DNA of 64,000 nt from the human T2T-CHM13v2.0 reference genome, Homo sapiens. Both the position numbers and the translations under genes were made by a program. The stretch lies in assembly GCF_009914755.1 (NCBI RefSeq), contig NC_060940.1; one strand, given 5' to 3'. Below, one piece after another: positions 26,701-42,152 of the stretch (position 1 is its first letter; every line of letters starts with the position of its first letter). Below the pieces are notes generated by a model. That model saw nothing but the letters and a program-made list of their open reading frames with translations. It searched no databases and had not been told where the DNA came from.

Positions 26701-27529
26701 AGAAAATAGCCTTACTCTATACATAATAAACTCAAGATATGATAGAAATGTACATGTGAAATCCAAAATACTATAATATTTAAGGAATAGCTAAGTAGAA
26801 TAACACTGAAATTTAACATAATGAAACATTTCCTTAAAAAAGAGAAAAGCACAGTAATTAAAAAGGGAAATATATTTAATATTTTTTCTCTCCATTAAGC
26901 AAGTCATTAACTGAGTAAAAAATCAAGCTGCAATTATGTAAACTACATTTTCTAAAACCATAAAGAAGAAATAAAAAGGTATTTGGGAAAAAAATCCAAA
27001 AGTACATTCAACTACACAAAAAAAGCTTAGTCTCATTAATCATTATGAAAATGCAAATGGTAACTGAAAGAAGATAAAACTACAATTCAAAGAGAAAGCC
27101 TAAAATTTCAACCCCCCAAAAAGTCTGGGTTTTGGAGGTCTGGGATGGAATAGGGTTCTTAACCTGACAACAATGAAAGAACCAAACTAACTTCAAAGTC
27201 ATGACTTTACTTTTATAGCAACGAAGTTGCCAAGAACTGAGTCAAAATGTGAGGGAAAACAAGAACCTGCAAGGAGAAAGAGGACAGATGCACCTACATA
27301 GGACAGATGCAAATAGACACCACTATGACAAGTAAAGCTGGAATAATCAATAAATTCCTAAAGGCAAAGTGGGGCTGGTGAGATTGGGAGACGGCTGACA
27401 GCTGCAGAAGTTGGGAAAGATCCATCATCTTGAAAACTTTTTCCCCACAAACCCACTGTGATCTCTCAAGCAATTGGTAAGGAATCCAAGAGAGTCTGTA
27501 TATGACACAGATCAGGGAGAGCAGAACAC

Positions 27530-27809
27530 TTGGGAGGTGAACAGGTCTTGGGGGCCGAGCCCTTATGAATGGGATTAGTGCCTTTATAAAAGAAGCTCAA
27601 CGGAGTTCTTGTGTGTCTTCCACTATGTGAGGACATAGAAAGAAGGCACCATTTATGAACCATGAAATGGGCTCTCATCAACACTGAATTTGTGAGCATC
27701 TTGATCTGAGACTTTACAGCCTCAAGAAGTGTGAAAAAAGAAATATCTGTTGTTTTTTAGTCACCCAGTTTATGTTCTTTTGTTATAAGAGTCCAAATAG
27801 ACCAAGATA
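27530..27809 (+). mobile_element. MLT1A/MSTD-like MaLR LTR, 5'-truncated
   Basis: ATGAATGGGATTAGTGCCTTTATAAAAG..TGTGAGGACA..CACCCAGTTTATG..TAGACCAAGATA. Confidence 0.75.
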
Positions 27810-28039
27810 TTCCACTTAATATGTAGGGGAAGGCAACAAAAACGGCCACACTTAGAATACTCCTGATGCTGGGAGTATGAAAACAGGAAAAACAAGAAAA
27901 AACTGCTCTTGAAGGTGAAGGAGGAATATCACTGAGCTCACCAACACAGCCAGGAAAAGAACAGAAGTGTGAGAAGGCTACATTCCTGAGACCTTGAGAA
28001 AAATTACCTGCATAAGACTGAGATGAAATTACCTATTCT

Positions 28040-28690
28040 AGTAATGATTGAAATCCCAAAAAGAAAAGAGGGAAAAATAATGGAGCAAAAGAAATATTTT
28101 TCAAAATAACTGCCATAAATATTCTAAAATAAGTGACAGAAAATCAAACTTCAGATATAGGAAACTCAGAGAATGTCAAATAGAACAAAAAGAAATAAGA
28201 ATTACATCTTGAAAAATCTTTAAAAAATCAAGTCTAAATTTTATATCTTGCTCCAAATATACAGAGATATAAATAGGTTATCATCAAGATATGGAGAAAG
28301 CCATATCATGGAAACACTAAAATAAGGCTGTGGAAGGACTACATTGATATTAGATACAACAGAGTTCGAAACAAGAAATAGTATCAGAGATGAGAGATAA
28401 TAGATAATAGAATAATCAATTCTCAAGAAGATGTAAACATACTAGTAATTAGGGTATGCAGCTAACAACAGAACCTCCAAATACATGAGGTAAAACAGGA
28501 AAGAAATCAAAGGTGAACTAGAAAAATACAAAATTATATTTGCAGATTTCAACACTTTTGTCTTAGTAATGGAAAGACTAGGCACAAACTCAGTAACCAT
28601 GTGGAAGATAAGAACAACAATATCACCAACAAGACATCCAGTCTTCAATGGCAGATACTCTTTCCTTTCAAGTGAAAAAAAAAACAGTAT
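28040..28690 (+). mobile_element. Degraded L1 ORF1/endonuclease fragments
   Basis: GAAATATTTTTCAAAATAACTGCC..CAGATATAGGAAACTCAGAGAA..TATGCAGCTAACAACAGAACCTCCAAATACATGAGG..AGATTTCAACAC. Confidence 0.65.
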
Positions 28691-28731
28691 GGCATATTCT
28701 TTAACAAACCCAGAATTTCCAATATTTGCAT

Positions 28732-29211
28732 TCTTCCTTCCTTCTTTCCATCTTCCTTTCTCTTCTCTTCCCTTCCCTTGCCTTCTTCCTTACTTTCTTC
28801 TTTTCCTCTTCCTTTTCTTTTCTTTTTTCTTCTCCTTTCTCTCTTTTCTTTCTTTTTTCTCCTTCCTTCCTTCTTTCCTTCTTTCTTTCTTTCCTCTTAT
28901 TCTTCCTTCCTTCCTCCCTCTCTTCCTTTCTCCCTCCCTTTTCTTCCTTCTTTTCTCATATTCTTTCTTTCTTTCTCACGTTCTTGCTTTCTTTCCTTTT
29001 TTCTCCCTTCTGCCCGCCCTCCTTTTCTTCCTTCCTCCCTCCCTTCCTTTCCTCTTTTTCCTTCCTTCCTTCGCCTCTTTATTTTCTTTGTTTTTTGCCT
29101 TCCTCCCTTTTACCATTCTCTCTTCCTCTTTTCCTTCCTCCCTTCCTCCTTTCTTTCTCTCTTTCTTTCTCTTTCTTTCTTTCATTCTTTCTTTCTTTCA
29201 TTCTTTCTTTC

Positions 29212-29255
<44 letters not shown>

Positions 29256-29420
29256 GTGTTCATGCATTCTTTTTTCTCCCTTCCTGCCTTTCTCCCATCC
29301 TCCCTCCCTCCCTTCCTTCCCTCATTTGCTCCTTCTTTTCTTTCTTCTTTCTTTGTTTCCTTCCTTCCTTCTTTCCTTCCTTCTTTTTCTTTCTTTGTTT
29401 TCTTTTCTTTCTTTCTCTTT
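28732..29420. repeat. ~690 bp polypyrimidine (CT-rich) tract incl. (CTTT)n and (CCTT)n
   Basis: Almost purine-free plus strand; (CTTT)n core at about 29150-29255. Confidence 0.95.
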
Positions 29421-29506
29421 ACTACAATTCATATTATTTTTAAAAAAGAGAGGGAGACAGAAAAATAAAGAATGCTTTAATCTGCAGGTAAATAGATTAT
29501 GTCTGC

Positions 29507-30324
<818 letters not shown>

Positions 30325-31302
30325 TTGTAATTGTATCATGAAAATGAGAACCATAATTTACAACTGCTTTTAATACTGCACTTGGATGTTTGAAATCACG
30401 TACATGGAAATGATCTCTATGTGCATGAGGTAGGATAGCAAATTGATGCCAAAATAATGCAAATGCAAATCTTACACTCATTTCTATGTAGGTTTCATTT
30501 AATCTTTGAAATTAAAATGAAATTAAAAGATTGTGATCTTTTGATGAAATTAGACTAAAATGAACAATAACAAAATAAGAACTTACTTATATTCTTTATA
30601 TGGTCAATAAAGAAGTGATAGTGGAAAAAAACAAGATCAAATGAAGGTGATGATTTAGGAAGTGGGAAAGATAGCTGAAACTACAAAATGGTATATAACC
30701 AGTGAACACTTAGACACACTGATTGATGAACTTCAGCTTTTGGCTTGGTGAGAGCATAAAATGAGAGCAGCTGAGGTTTGCAAATTTGTAATCTCCTTGT
30801 GGAAAACCAGGGGAAAACACATCTCATCCTAATAAGATTTATCTACTAAAGAGTCTAGACTTGATCCATTTGTCCTTGTAATTCAAAAGCTAATTCAAAT
30901 ACTGATTTGATGTATTGTGTGAACAACGTTTGCTGATTATCATCGCATACCTGGCATTCTCTTTTATCTGATATCTAAAATATTTGCTAATTCCTCGACT
31001 TTCTCTTTTCAAGCCCATTACGGTTTGAGTCTTAGAACAGTTGTCTTTGAGAAATTCTTACCTCTACTGCATCTGTGAATGGGCATAGCATGGTTACATT
31101 CATACTGTCACTCCATAGAACATTTGTTAAATTAAAGCCAAAGTTTAAAGCAAGAGATTTAACTTACTGGTTTTACTAATGTTTTCCTCCCCAATAGCCA
31201 CAACAATATTGATACTCTCACACCTTTTAACATAAAGCTTGGTGTTGTCTATTTTTCAGATGCTGTCATCTATATGATCTCAGTATTTTAAAAATCAGCT
31301 TC

Positions 31303-31629
<327 letters not shown>

Positions 31630-33034
31630 CTATGTAAATATGCACAGGTGATGTCCATATAGACATAAATAATAATATTTCTGACAATGGGTCTATATGA
31701 TCTTCAAAATGTAAAATGCCTATCTGTGTAATTGACTGCTTAGTCCCATTAATGAATATAGATTGAATTCTACTTTCTTGTTCTACATAAATTATATAAT
31801 CTAGCTTTTCATTTCACTTATTTACTGATAACAACAGGAAGAATGACAAGATATCTATTTTGCAATATTACTCTGGTAGGAGTAAAGATGAAATAATGAC
31901 ACAATTGCACAGAAACCTAGAAAAAAGTATGGTCTTCTGATATTCTATCACATCACATACTAAAGGCCTCATAAAACTCAGATATTTTATCTATAAATGT
32001 TATTTTCATCATAGGAATGATCAAAGCATGAGAATACAATTGCATTAAAATGTGCTTGCATCACAAGCACAGGTGCTAAAATGGAGTGCAAAACATCATT
32101 ACTGATATTTTCAACGTATGTTTTACTTTTCATCAACATGAACCTTAACTTGATATGATGCAGATTGAAGAAATTCACCCATAATTCCATATGAAGAAGG
32201 CTTGTGATATTTTATGGGAAAACAAATAGAGAGAATGCTAACAGAAACCCTATTAAGCATGAAGATTTATGGAGCAAACACAAATCCAGTGGTGAAAGAT
32301 ACACAATCGAGTTCTGTTTGTTGTCTTGGAACAATACGGTTTAGAGGTGACTGGCGGGTGAGGAGAACATATGCGAGTTCACCAAAGAGAAAAGCTGAAT
32401 GAGGCAATGCCTCTTCCTGACCATATCTCTTACTCAGATAGATATATAATTTATTGTCCAGTAAAGGGTATATTAAAAAATCATATTAAAAGTCATGCAG
32501 TGAAGTTGTCCAGGAAAATCAAGACTTAACAGTCTCACTCTGACAATAATGAACAGGGGGATACCCTCAAGAAAGAATAGGACATGACCCTACACTGGCA
32601 GGTAGTAGTACCAGAAAAGAACCCATGGAAAATCTTTACCTTATGCTTGAGGTACGGACCAGGCTAAAGTGAAAGCCAGACATAAAATTCTATCTAAAAT
32701 AAATCCACAATCGAAGAAAATATGTGGTGTACAGGCATAGAATGTCTTTACTGGATCATTGACATAGTAAGATAAATTCAACTTTTTACATTTTTTTCTT
32801 TTCCTCCAGTTGGGGCTTGAGGTTTGTCTCTGGAGAGTGACTGTCAATTGGAGCCCTGCCTTCCTGGGTTTCTGGTCAGGGTGTTGTGGATGCTTAACAT
32901 GTGCCTTTCACAGGACACTTCCTTACCCCAGCAGTGGCCAGGTGTGCATCCCACGACCAGGCCTCCCTCTCACAGAACATCTGTTGAGACTAGGAGATGC
33001 CTGGTGACTGTTGCCTGACCTGTGTCCTGTGTAT

Positions 33035-33920
33035 TTGTGACAAGAGCCACTCTCAGAGACCTTGGCCAGGAGGAGAGTTAGGTTCCAGTGTAGGTCAGCT
33101 CAGACCCATGGAGGCCACAGAACCAAACATGGGAAATCACAGAAGTAGGTTTATTACTCACAGATCCAGAGAGAAGAGGGTAGCTGAGAAGAGGGTTTAG
33201 CTGTGTCCCCAGCCAAATCTCATCTTGAATTCCCACATGTTGTGGGAGGGAACAGGTGGGAGGTAATTGAATCATGGGGGCAGGTCTTTCCCATGCTTTT
33301 CTTCTGATAGTGAATCAGTCTTACAAGATCTGATGGTTTTATAAAGGGGAGTTTCCCTGCACAAGCTCTCTTGTCTTGTCTGCTGCCATGTGAGACGTGC
33401 CTTTCACCTTGCGCCATGATTGTGAGGCCTACCCACATGGCTGGGTAGGCCATGTGCATCTATTAAACCTCTTTCTTCTGGAAGTTACCCAGTCTTGGGC
33501 ATGTCTTTACCGGCGGTGTGAAAATGGACTAATAGAGTAGCACACCTCATAGGGCTTAACAAAATGGGGAAGAAGAGTGGGGAGCAGGAGAGAGAAAAGG
33601 GGTCTGTGGGACTCCAGCCTTTATTGGGCCCAGAACATTACCCAAATAAGTTTTCCACGGGGCACTAGTCGGTGGGGTGAGTTCCAGCATGCACATTTAT
33701 TGACTCCTGCTGCAACCGATCAGGTCACTCTGGCGTGTGGGGGCTGTCCATGTTTGCTGTGAGGTCTGTGGGGTGTGTCAGGTAGGTTGTATTCAATGGT
33801 TCCATAGCTGGTAGTCACCCAGAGGAGGCAACTGTGTAGGTTCCATATCTGGGCCAGCCACATTGAGGAACTGTGAGGGTTAGAACTCGAAATTGTCAAG
33901 GGAATGTGAACCCAGCTACC
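33035..33920. mobile_element. Old ERVL-type LTR (family uncertain) hosting a THE1 insertion
   Basis: GTTTATTACTCACAGATCC..GCCTTTATTGGG motifs seen in antisense ERVL LTRs; sequence reads through across the THE1 TSD. Confidence 0.4.
33185..33536 (+). mobile_element. THE1B-like MaLR solo LTR
   Basis: GCTGTGTCCCC..AAATCTCATCTTGAATTCCCACATGTTGTGGGAGGGA..AATGGACTAATA; 5-bp TSD GTAGC at 33180-33184 and 33537-33541. Confidence 0.92.
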
Positions 33921-35865
33921 ATATGAGAGAGTTCAACTTATGTTCAATATGAATGCCATGGCAATATTAAAAGGTAAGAATTCGCTCCATAGGTGCTTGA
34001 GGTAAATAGGACAAACCTAGAATTTATGTAAACAGTGAGAAGATTGGATGCGTTTTCCATCACATATTTTAATACTAGCAGCATATTATATATGTCAATC
34101 CATCAGGCATTCAGAAATACATCCTTATGAAAATTTTTTGCACCATCAGACAAAAGACAAGGGTAGAAGACATTTGTAACCCTATACACACTAGTAAATT
34201 AAAAACAGAAGGACCTTTATGTCCTAACATATCTGTGTTGTGAAAGGCTGCCCTGTGAAATACGGGATTTCTTCAACATATTTTAAAAATCATAGGTGTC
34301 AATATTTTTTAGAAATCCACTTAAGTTTTCTCTTGCTATTTTACAATGCCTATTTATTTATTTAGTGGCTCTGCTGATTTTGATGTTTATCCTAAACTTT
34401 ACATTTTCTTTAAAGGATGTTTTATACAACTTTCTGTAAAATGTTTCACTATCTTCACATTCTCTCCCTATCCTTTTGTTTTGCTCTTATATGGTGGTCT
34501 TGTGTCTTTTCTCTGGCTTTTCAAACCTAGTAAGACTAAGACACTAAAGGAACTTTGCCCGTCGTTTGGTAACGCCTTCTAAAGCACATCCTAAGCTCTC
34601 GTGCATACAGGGGTCTCCTTTGAGCTCTGTGCTTTTGAGATCCCATATACCTAAATTCCAGTACTCCAAATCAGTACTGCTTAGTTTTAGTTACTAAGTT
34701 TAAAAATGTATTTTAATAGCAAGTTAGTTTAGTGGACTCTTGCTTCTTTCTTGACTGCTTGTATACATGTACATTCCTTAAAATGAATCTTGGAATTTAT
34801 TTAAAAATTTTAAATTATACTAATGAAACTGTATATTGTTGTGAATTCATAAGTGAATTTGGAAAGAATTTGTCTTTATGATATCAAATCCTTTATATCC
34901 AAGAATCATAAGTGTCTTTATATTTATTCCAGTCTATATTTATATCACTGAGTAAATATATAGAAATGTAGATATATACAGCTGTAGTTATTGATACACA
35001 TATAGATATAACATGTTAAATCTATATCTATCCCATATAACATATATACATGCTATATGTGTGTGTGCGTATATATATATGTTTATGTTATTAAAGAGCT
35101 CCCTTAAAATTTTTCTTTTATTTCCTATATAATTTTAGGTCAAGCTTGAATTTTCCTTGTATAAACAAGCAAATATTTATACTAGATTTCATACTGATGT
35201 TTAGATATTGTATCTTATTTTAGCATTGAATATTTTCACAATTATTATAAATATTATCTAATATTAAGAATGTACCTGTTAAAAATATTTAAAATTTTAC
35301 CTTTGAATTATTTTATTGTTTAATTAAAATTCCTTTAATATGATAGTAAATTTCTATTTTATGCTTTCTCTATGCATATGCAGATTAATCTGTCCACTAC
35401 TCTATCTCCATGTAGTAACATATGAAAATCAGGACTCTCTTCTTCTAATGGACATACACATGTTTGCATATAGAATATCAGACTCTTTATCACATTTAAA
35501 ATCTTTAAAGACATGAATATTGCCTTTTAACAAATATATTTTAGCATGTACTGAGAATCCCCTGTTTATTTTTAATTTGGGCTAATAAATATGATTATTA
35601 ATGTTATTGGATTACCAAATTTGGAAACACACTTTCATCCCCAAGGTGGATATTTGTTTTATTTTTTTTTTGCCAATTTCTCGTCTTACTGTTTCAAATA
35701 TTGTTGGATATTATTTTTATTTTATTTGGCATTTTAGTATCAACATTTGTAATTGATGTACTCTACATATCTTTTCTTCAATATCTGGTGGGTTTTATAA
35801 TTACTGCTATATTGGATTTGTAGTAGACATTGACAAAAAGTATTCCTGTATGTTTTATAGCTGTA

Positions 35866-36412
35866 TGAAGGAAACTAATATATTTTACCCCTAAATATTA
35901 TTCCTTGATAAATTTCAAAATGGCTATTGAGAAGGGATGGAAATGCAAACTTAGCTGTAAAGCTGTCTTGGGGAGATTTGCATCAGTAGAGAATCTGCCT
36001 TGATGCAGCCAGGCTTTCTCTGAGGTCTGCCCCCTTGTCTGGATCTAGGAAAGCTTAACTGAGAGTCAGAGGTCTCCAAAGGTCTGAAAGAAACATTTTC
36101 TGTCTGTTCTCTCTGAGGACTGCTCCCAGTGAGATTCCACCTATGCAATAAGTCCACTGTTGCTAGCCAGGGTCGTTTTCTCACACAACATTTTTTTTTC
36201 CCTGTGATGCAAGACCCCATTCTTTCTGTAAACTTCATGTGGTAGAAAAGCTTCTGCACGCATCGTGTGTCTGGGTCTTAGTTCTAAGGGCTCCAGTGTA
36301 CACACATTGCAGAAACCTGTATGCCTTTTCTAATATTTATCTGCCTTCTGTTAGTGATTTTTCAGGGAAATTTCAGAAGGCAAAAGGAACATTCTCCTTT
36401 AGCCCATTCTCA
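35866..36412 (+). mobile_element. MER34-family ERV1 solo LTR
   Basis: TGAAGGAAACT..TTTTACCCCTAAATAT..ATGGCTATT..GGGAGATTTGCATC..CCCCTTGTCTGGATCTAGGAAAG. Confidence 0.72.
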
Positions 36413-36592
36413 GACAAAATCCCCCAACATTTAACTGATTCCTAATAGCTTAAAATCACTTTGAAAAATCCATATATTTATGAATTTTTCTTCCATCTAT
36501 GATTTCTGGTCAGCTTGGGTTTTGGTTTTCATTCCATTTACTTCATCCTCGAAAAGATCTATTTTACGTCTATTTATTCTCATTTATGGACA

Positions 36593-37046
36593 TTGAGAAA
36601 AGAAAATAACTTTCATGTGAGAAATGCAAGTCCTTTTAAATAATCAGGCCCAGAGGGATATTCAAATGAGACAGAAGTTCTGTCCTGCTCCGCTTTGAGC
36701 TGTATGTTCCTCTAGGCTGCTTGCTGTTGCCACAGTAGCTATAAATTAACCAATAACGTCACACCAGATACTATAATCCACACCCAATAATAGTGTAACA
36801 GTGTATAGCCAGTCACTAATAAATGTTATTTCCATAAGCCAATGAGAATTTGTGACAAACCTCTTTGCATCATCCCACTTCTGGGCCCTTTTTTGCCTTT
36901 AAGAAACTGCTTGTTGCAAAGCTCCAAAGGGAGTTCATATCCAAGGCTGCTCGGGTCTGTTTCTTCCAGGCAGCTGTCCTCATTTTTGCTCAAGTAAACT
37001 ATTTGAATTACGTTTTGTGCTTCAGCCCCTTCCAATTAGATTAACA
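36593..37046 (+). mobile_element. LTR37-like ERV1 solo LTR
   Basis: GAAATGCAAGTCCTTTTAAATAATCAGGCCCAGAG..AGCCAATGAGAAT..GCTCAAGTAAACT..TTAACA. Confidence 0.6.
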
Positions 37047-37160
37047 ACATGGATTTGTGTCACCATGTACAGCAATTAAAATGTTTACTCTTTTCCCCTC
37101 GAGGGCACTGATGTGTTTTCCTGAGCACTTGGAATAGCTACGTAGTGTTTACTGTCTAGA

Positions 37161-37356
37161 TTATGGTTTCTCAACCTTGGTGCTACTTACCTTTAGGACC
37201 AAAGGATTCTTTGTTGTGGGAGGCTGTCCTAGCAATGCTAGGTGTTTCGTTTGACCTCTAAATTTCACACCTCCACCAGTCTTGACATGCCCACAATAAC
37301 CGTAGACATTGACAAATGTCTCCTGGGGAAAACTCTCCACCAGTTGACAGCCAAAA
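37161..37356 (+). mobile_element. MER20 hAT MITE
   Basis: GGTTTCTCAACCTTGG..ATTCTTTGTTGTGGGAGGCTGTCCT..AGACATTGACAAATGTCTCCTGGGG..CCAGTTGA; orientation uncertain. Confidence 0.75.
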
Positions 37357-38324
37357 TTCTAGAAATACTGGAATTGTCCATTGAGATTTTATGTTATCCA
37401 ATACAAATACTTTTCTTTGTTTTTAAACATCTACTTCCATCTACTTATCTACTTATTTTTACTTTTATTTGTAACTTAATTCCATCAAGGAGAGAGAGTG
37501 CATTTTCTGTTATGCTAAATTTTTGAAGAATGTATTGATTTTTTAGGACCTGATATATGGATGATATGTAGATATTACATGTTTGTATTATCAAAGTTCA
37601 GGGTGATAATAAAATAAATACTTACAATATTTATATTGTCACTGTATATTATTATTTTCTTTCTTCACTACAGGAGTTTTTCAACCTATAGGCTATTTTT
37701 CAATTCCAGGTTACCCAGTAGATTTTGAAATGTTATGATTAAATATCTACTTCTCAAGCATTCATCTTTGCAAATGAAACAATCCCAAGCTCTTATAATA
37801 CACACCATATAAAGGGCAGATTAGTCAATACATGATGCAGAAATAATTATGTAATATTTACAAGAAAATTAAAAATTTAGATCCTTAACTCAGATAACAA
37901 TAATCCAAATTAAAATTTGATTTCATTACATAATTTAAAATGACACCAGAATACTAGTAAAAGTGTAGATAAATTTATATAATCATTTTAGCTGTAGGAC
38001 TTTATTAGCATAAATTCAAATAGAGGAACCAAATTAAGATTTAGACCTATAGTCAAAGGTTAAAATGTACACATTATAGAGGCATGATTAAACTAATTTA
38101 AAGCATGATAACATGGAGAAAAATTGCGAAACATACATTTTACTGAATTAATTGTTAATACCTAATCATTATGTGAGAACAAAATTAAAGAGTAGCTACA
38201 CACGCACACACCCACACACAAGTGCAATATTGTCAAATAAACGATGTTCAGCTACACTAGAAATCACACCTGTGTTTTCTCCACAGAAAAGATTAAAAAT
38301 CACAATAATATTTATTGTACATAT

Positions 38325-39253
<929 letters not shown>

Positions 39254-40624
39254 AGAGAAAAGACAAATATATAGGTGACAAATAATATTTAGAGTGTAAG
39301 ACGATTTTTAAAGGTATATTTGCAATTTGTGCCAAAACATTTAAATATACATTTGTTATTTTAACTATAAAATTTCAAATAATTTAAGCCAAATACATAG
39401 TAAATGCAGAACATTTAGCAATATATCAACGTAGCTCCTTAATGTGCATTAGTGTAACCAGCCGTCTAAAATAAACAATTAATTAAGGTAGCAGTTACTT
39501 TTCCAAGAGCGCATTTTTTTCACAGACCTATTAAATAAGACAAATAACATTTAAACTTTATTTTTAAATTTGCACAATAGTAGTTTTCAGCAGATGGTTT
39601 ATTTTAGCAAATTCCATCTTCACATTGTGCTATGCTTTTATGAGTTCCAGCTGTCAACGGATAATATTTTACTGCTGAAACTATCATGTGTGATATAATT
39701 GCTCATTATGTGCCTTAAAACACAAGCAATATAATTATTTTCAATTTGGAGCAAAATAAAATCTTATCAGCAATTTAAAATCTCTAGAGTCGTCTTCTTC
39801 TGGTTAATTATTTTAAACTCGTATTTTTCTCTTTATGTTTTTAGTGAGTTGTCTTATCAAGGAGAAGAACTCTAGCTGATTATTCTTTTTTTCTCTTCCA
39901 TCCACCTCGCAGGTGTGCTAATAATTTCATTTCTCAGAAAATGTTCTTTCATATCCATCTTAAAAAATGAGAGACCTTTTAACATCTTCCATTCGGATGT
40001 GATACCAGTAATGGAAAATATTCCAGCTTCATGAATATGGTGATACAAATAGTTATCCGTCTAACATCTTTCAGTACCAAATGTTTACTTTACTCAGTGA
40101 ATTACTCAGTTGACTGGTAATTTCTTCTGAAATCACTAATGAGAGGATCAGAGGTCTGGCTGTTGTCTGTACTTCATATGACTCCCAGTGCAGAAAATTG
40201 TTTCTATGGAGCACAGACAGTTGAAAGGATTGACTTCTTGCCTAGAATAGTTTCTGCTGTGCTTCTTATCCTTCTTGTGGAGATTTCAGATTATCTGAAT
40301 TGCTTTTCTATCTTGAGAAAAAACGCAACAATTCTCCAACCTGAGAGGAATGTAAACTGTAGTAAGTTAGCAGAGCCAATCCTTAAAATTTTTACATTAT
40401 TTCTTGTGAAATGCAGCGCTGGTGTCTCCATCACTAACCTTTTCTAACCCTCATTGCTCTTTCTTTGACTGCACTAGGATACCTCTAGGCAAATCTGTAT
40501 TCCCGAGACAGAGTGCCCTTTTGGTGAGCTATAAGCACATTCAATGTTAGGCTGAAATACTAGCTTTTATCTATGGCGAAATGGAATCATATCAGTGATT
40601 TTTTTAAAAAGGAAATTTAACTCT

Positions 40625-40800
40625 TGCTATGGTTTGAATGCTTGCCCCTTCCAATCTCATGTTAAAATTTGATCCCCAATGTTGCAGGTGGGGCTTACTG
40701 GGAGGTGTTTGTTCATGGGGTTGGACCTTCATGAATGGATAATACCCTCCTTTAGAAATCTAAAGCTATACTCCCTACTCGGTGCCCTCAGGAATGAGTG
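40625..40800 (+). mobile_element. MSTB-like MaLR LTR 5' fragment
   Basis: TGCTATGGTTTGAATG..CTCATGTTAAAATTTGATCCCCAATGTTG..GGGAGGTGTTTG. Confidence 0.75.
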
Positions 40801-41637
40801 TACCATTCTTTATTCACCTATAATTCCCCCACCCATCCTTTTTGAGATATTAATTACATGTATGTTACACTGCTGCATACTGTCTGACGTATCAGTGAGT
40901 TTCTGGCTTTGTTATTTTTGCTTACCCTTTGTCCTTTAGTTTGTAAAGCTTCTATATTTTCCATAAATTTTCTGATGTTAGGGTAAAATCCATTACTTAT
41001 TCTATCTCATGGAATTTTTATTTCAAATATTTATTTTTCATCTAGACATGTCACATTTTTCATTTTATAACTTCTATTTTTCTCCTATGTTCAATTTTCT
41101 TTTAAATACCTTGACATATATATGTATTTATCTATATGTATTTATAAAATATATTTACTTTAAGGACCTTTAAATTTCCTTCCTTTCCGTCATTTATACA
41201 TGACTTATTTTTTTCCTGTTAATATATATCTTAATTATATATATCTTACGGCTTCTTTGCATGTCAGAGTTTGTTTTTGGGTATTGTGATGTTATGCTCT
41301 AGAATATCTAGATTTTATTGGCTACCTTTGAACAATGTTTTGGCAGACAGTTCAGTAACTTCAGGATGAGTATTTGTCTGTTGTTGTTTTAAATCTTCTC
41401 TTTAAACTTTGTGGAGTTAGTCTAGAGCCATCTGTAATTTGGAGCTAAATGAGCACTGTCACTAGGGCATGAACCTCCAGTGGTCTTTACTGAATATCCT
41501 GGAGGTACAGAGGGGATTCCCTTCTCTGATTAGAATTTGGAATATAAAGAGAAAAGAGAAAAATAGAAAGCTATGCATGAACACGTGCATTAAAATGAAT
41601 TTTATGTGGGCTATTTAATGAAAATGTTCCTAAGGTA

Positions 41638-41870
41638 TTTTATTTTTTTATTGTGGTAAAATACACATAACATAAAATGTACTCTGTTAACCATTTTAAG
41701 TGTACAGTTCAGTGGTACTAAATATACTCATAACATTGTGCAGCCGTCCATTCCATCCATCTCCATAATTCGTTTCATCTTCTAAAACTGAAACTCTATA
41801 CCCATTGAACAATGCTTCCCCATTTCTTCCTCCCCCCAGCTTCTGGCAACCATCATTGTACCATCTCTAT
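41638..41870 (-). mobile_element. L1MB 3' end
   Basis: TTGTGGTAAAATACACATAACATAAAAT..AAGTGTACAGTTCAGTGG..AAACTGAAACTCTATACCCATT..CTGGCAACC. Confidence 0.82.
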
Positions 41871-42009
41871 AATGCTAATCAAGCATAGTGGCTGTGTTTC
41901 TTTCTTCCTCTAGTCCGCAGGTAGCATAAAAATGTAATAAACTACTTATTCATGTCACATCTATTTATTTTCTGCCTTATACCAAGCTTGTGGGATTCTC
42001 TTAAATACA

Positions 42010-42152
42010 ACATTTTTATACTTACACCTATGCAATACCCATTAGCATCGCCTTCCTAAATCAGGGGAAATTGAGCCTCTGTAAGGTGGAGTAACTTCCT
42101 AAGATATAAAACTCAGCATTGAAGTCTGTATACTTCAATATCCTGCCCTCTT
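42010..42152 (-). mobile_element. MIR fragment
   Basis: GGGGAAATTGAGCCTCTG..AGTAACTTCCTAAG core-like motif. Confidence 0.45.

Noticed and set aside
28724-28731. Octamer ATTTGCAT as a possible Ig kappa orphon promoter
   Set aside because: No leader, V exon or RSS follows; a chance match next to low-complexity DNA.
30951-31072. Possible minus-strand exon (TTCACAG|...GCCAG|GTATGC)
   Set aside because: Weak polypyrimidine tract, stops in all three frames, no recognisable homology; unsupported without transcript data.
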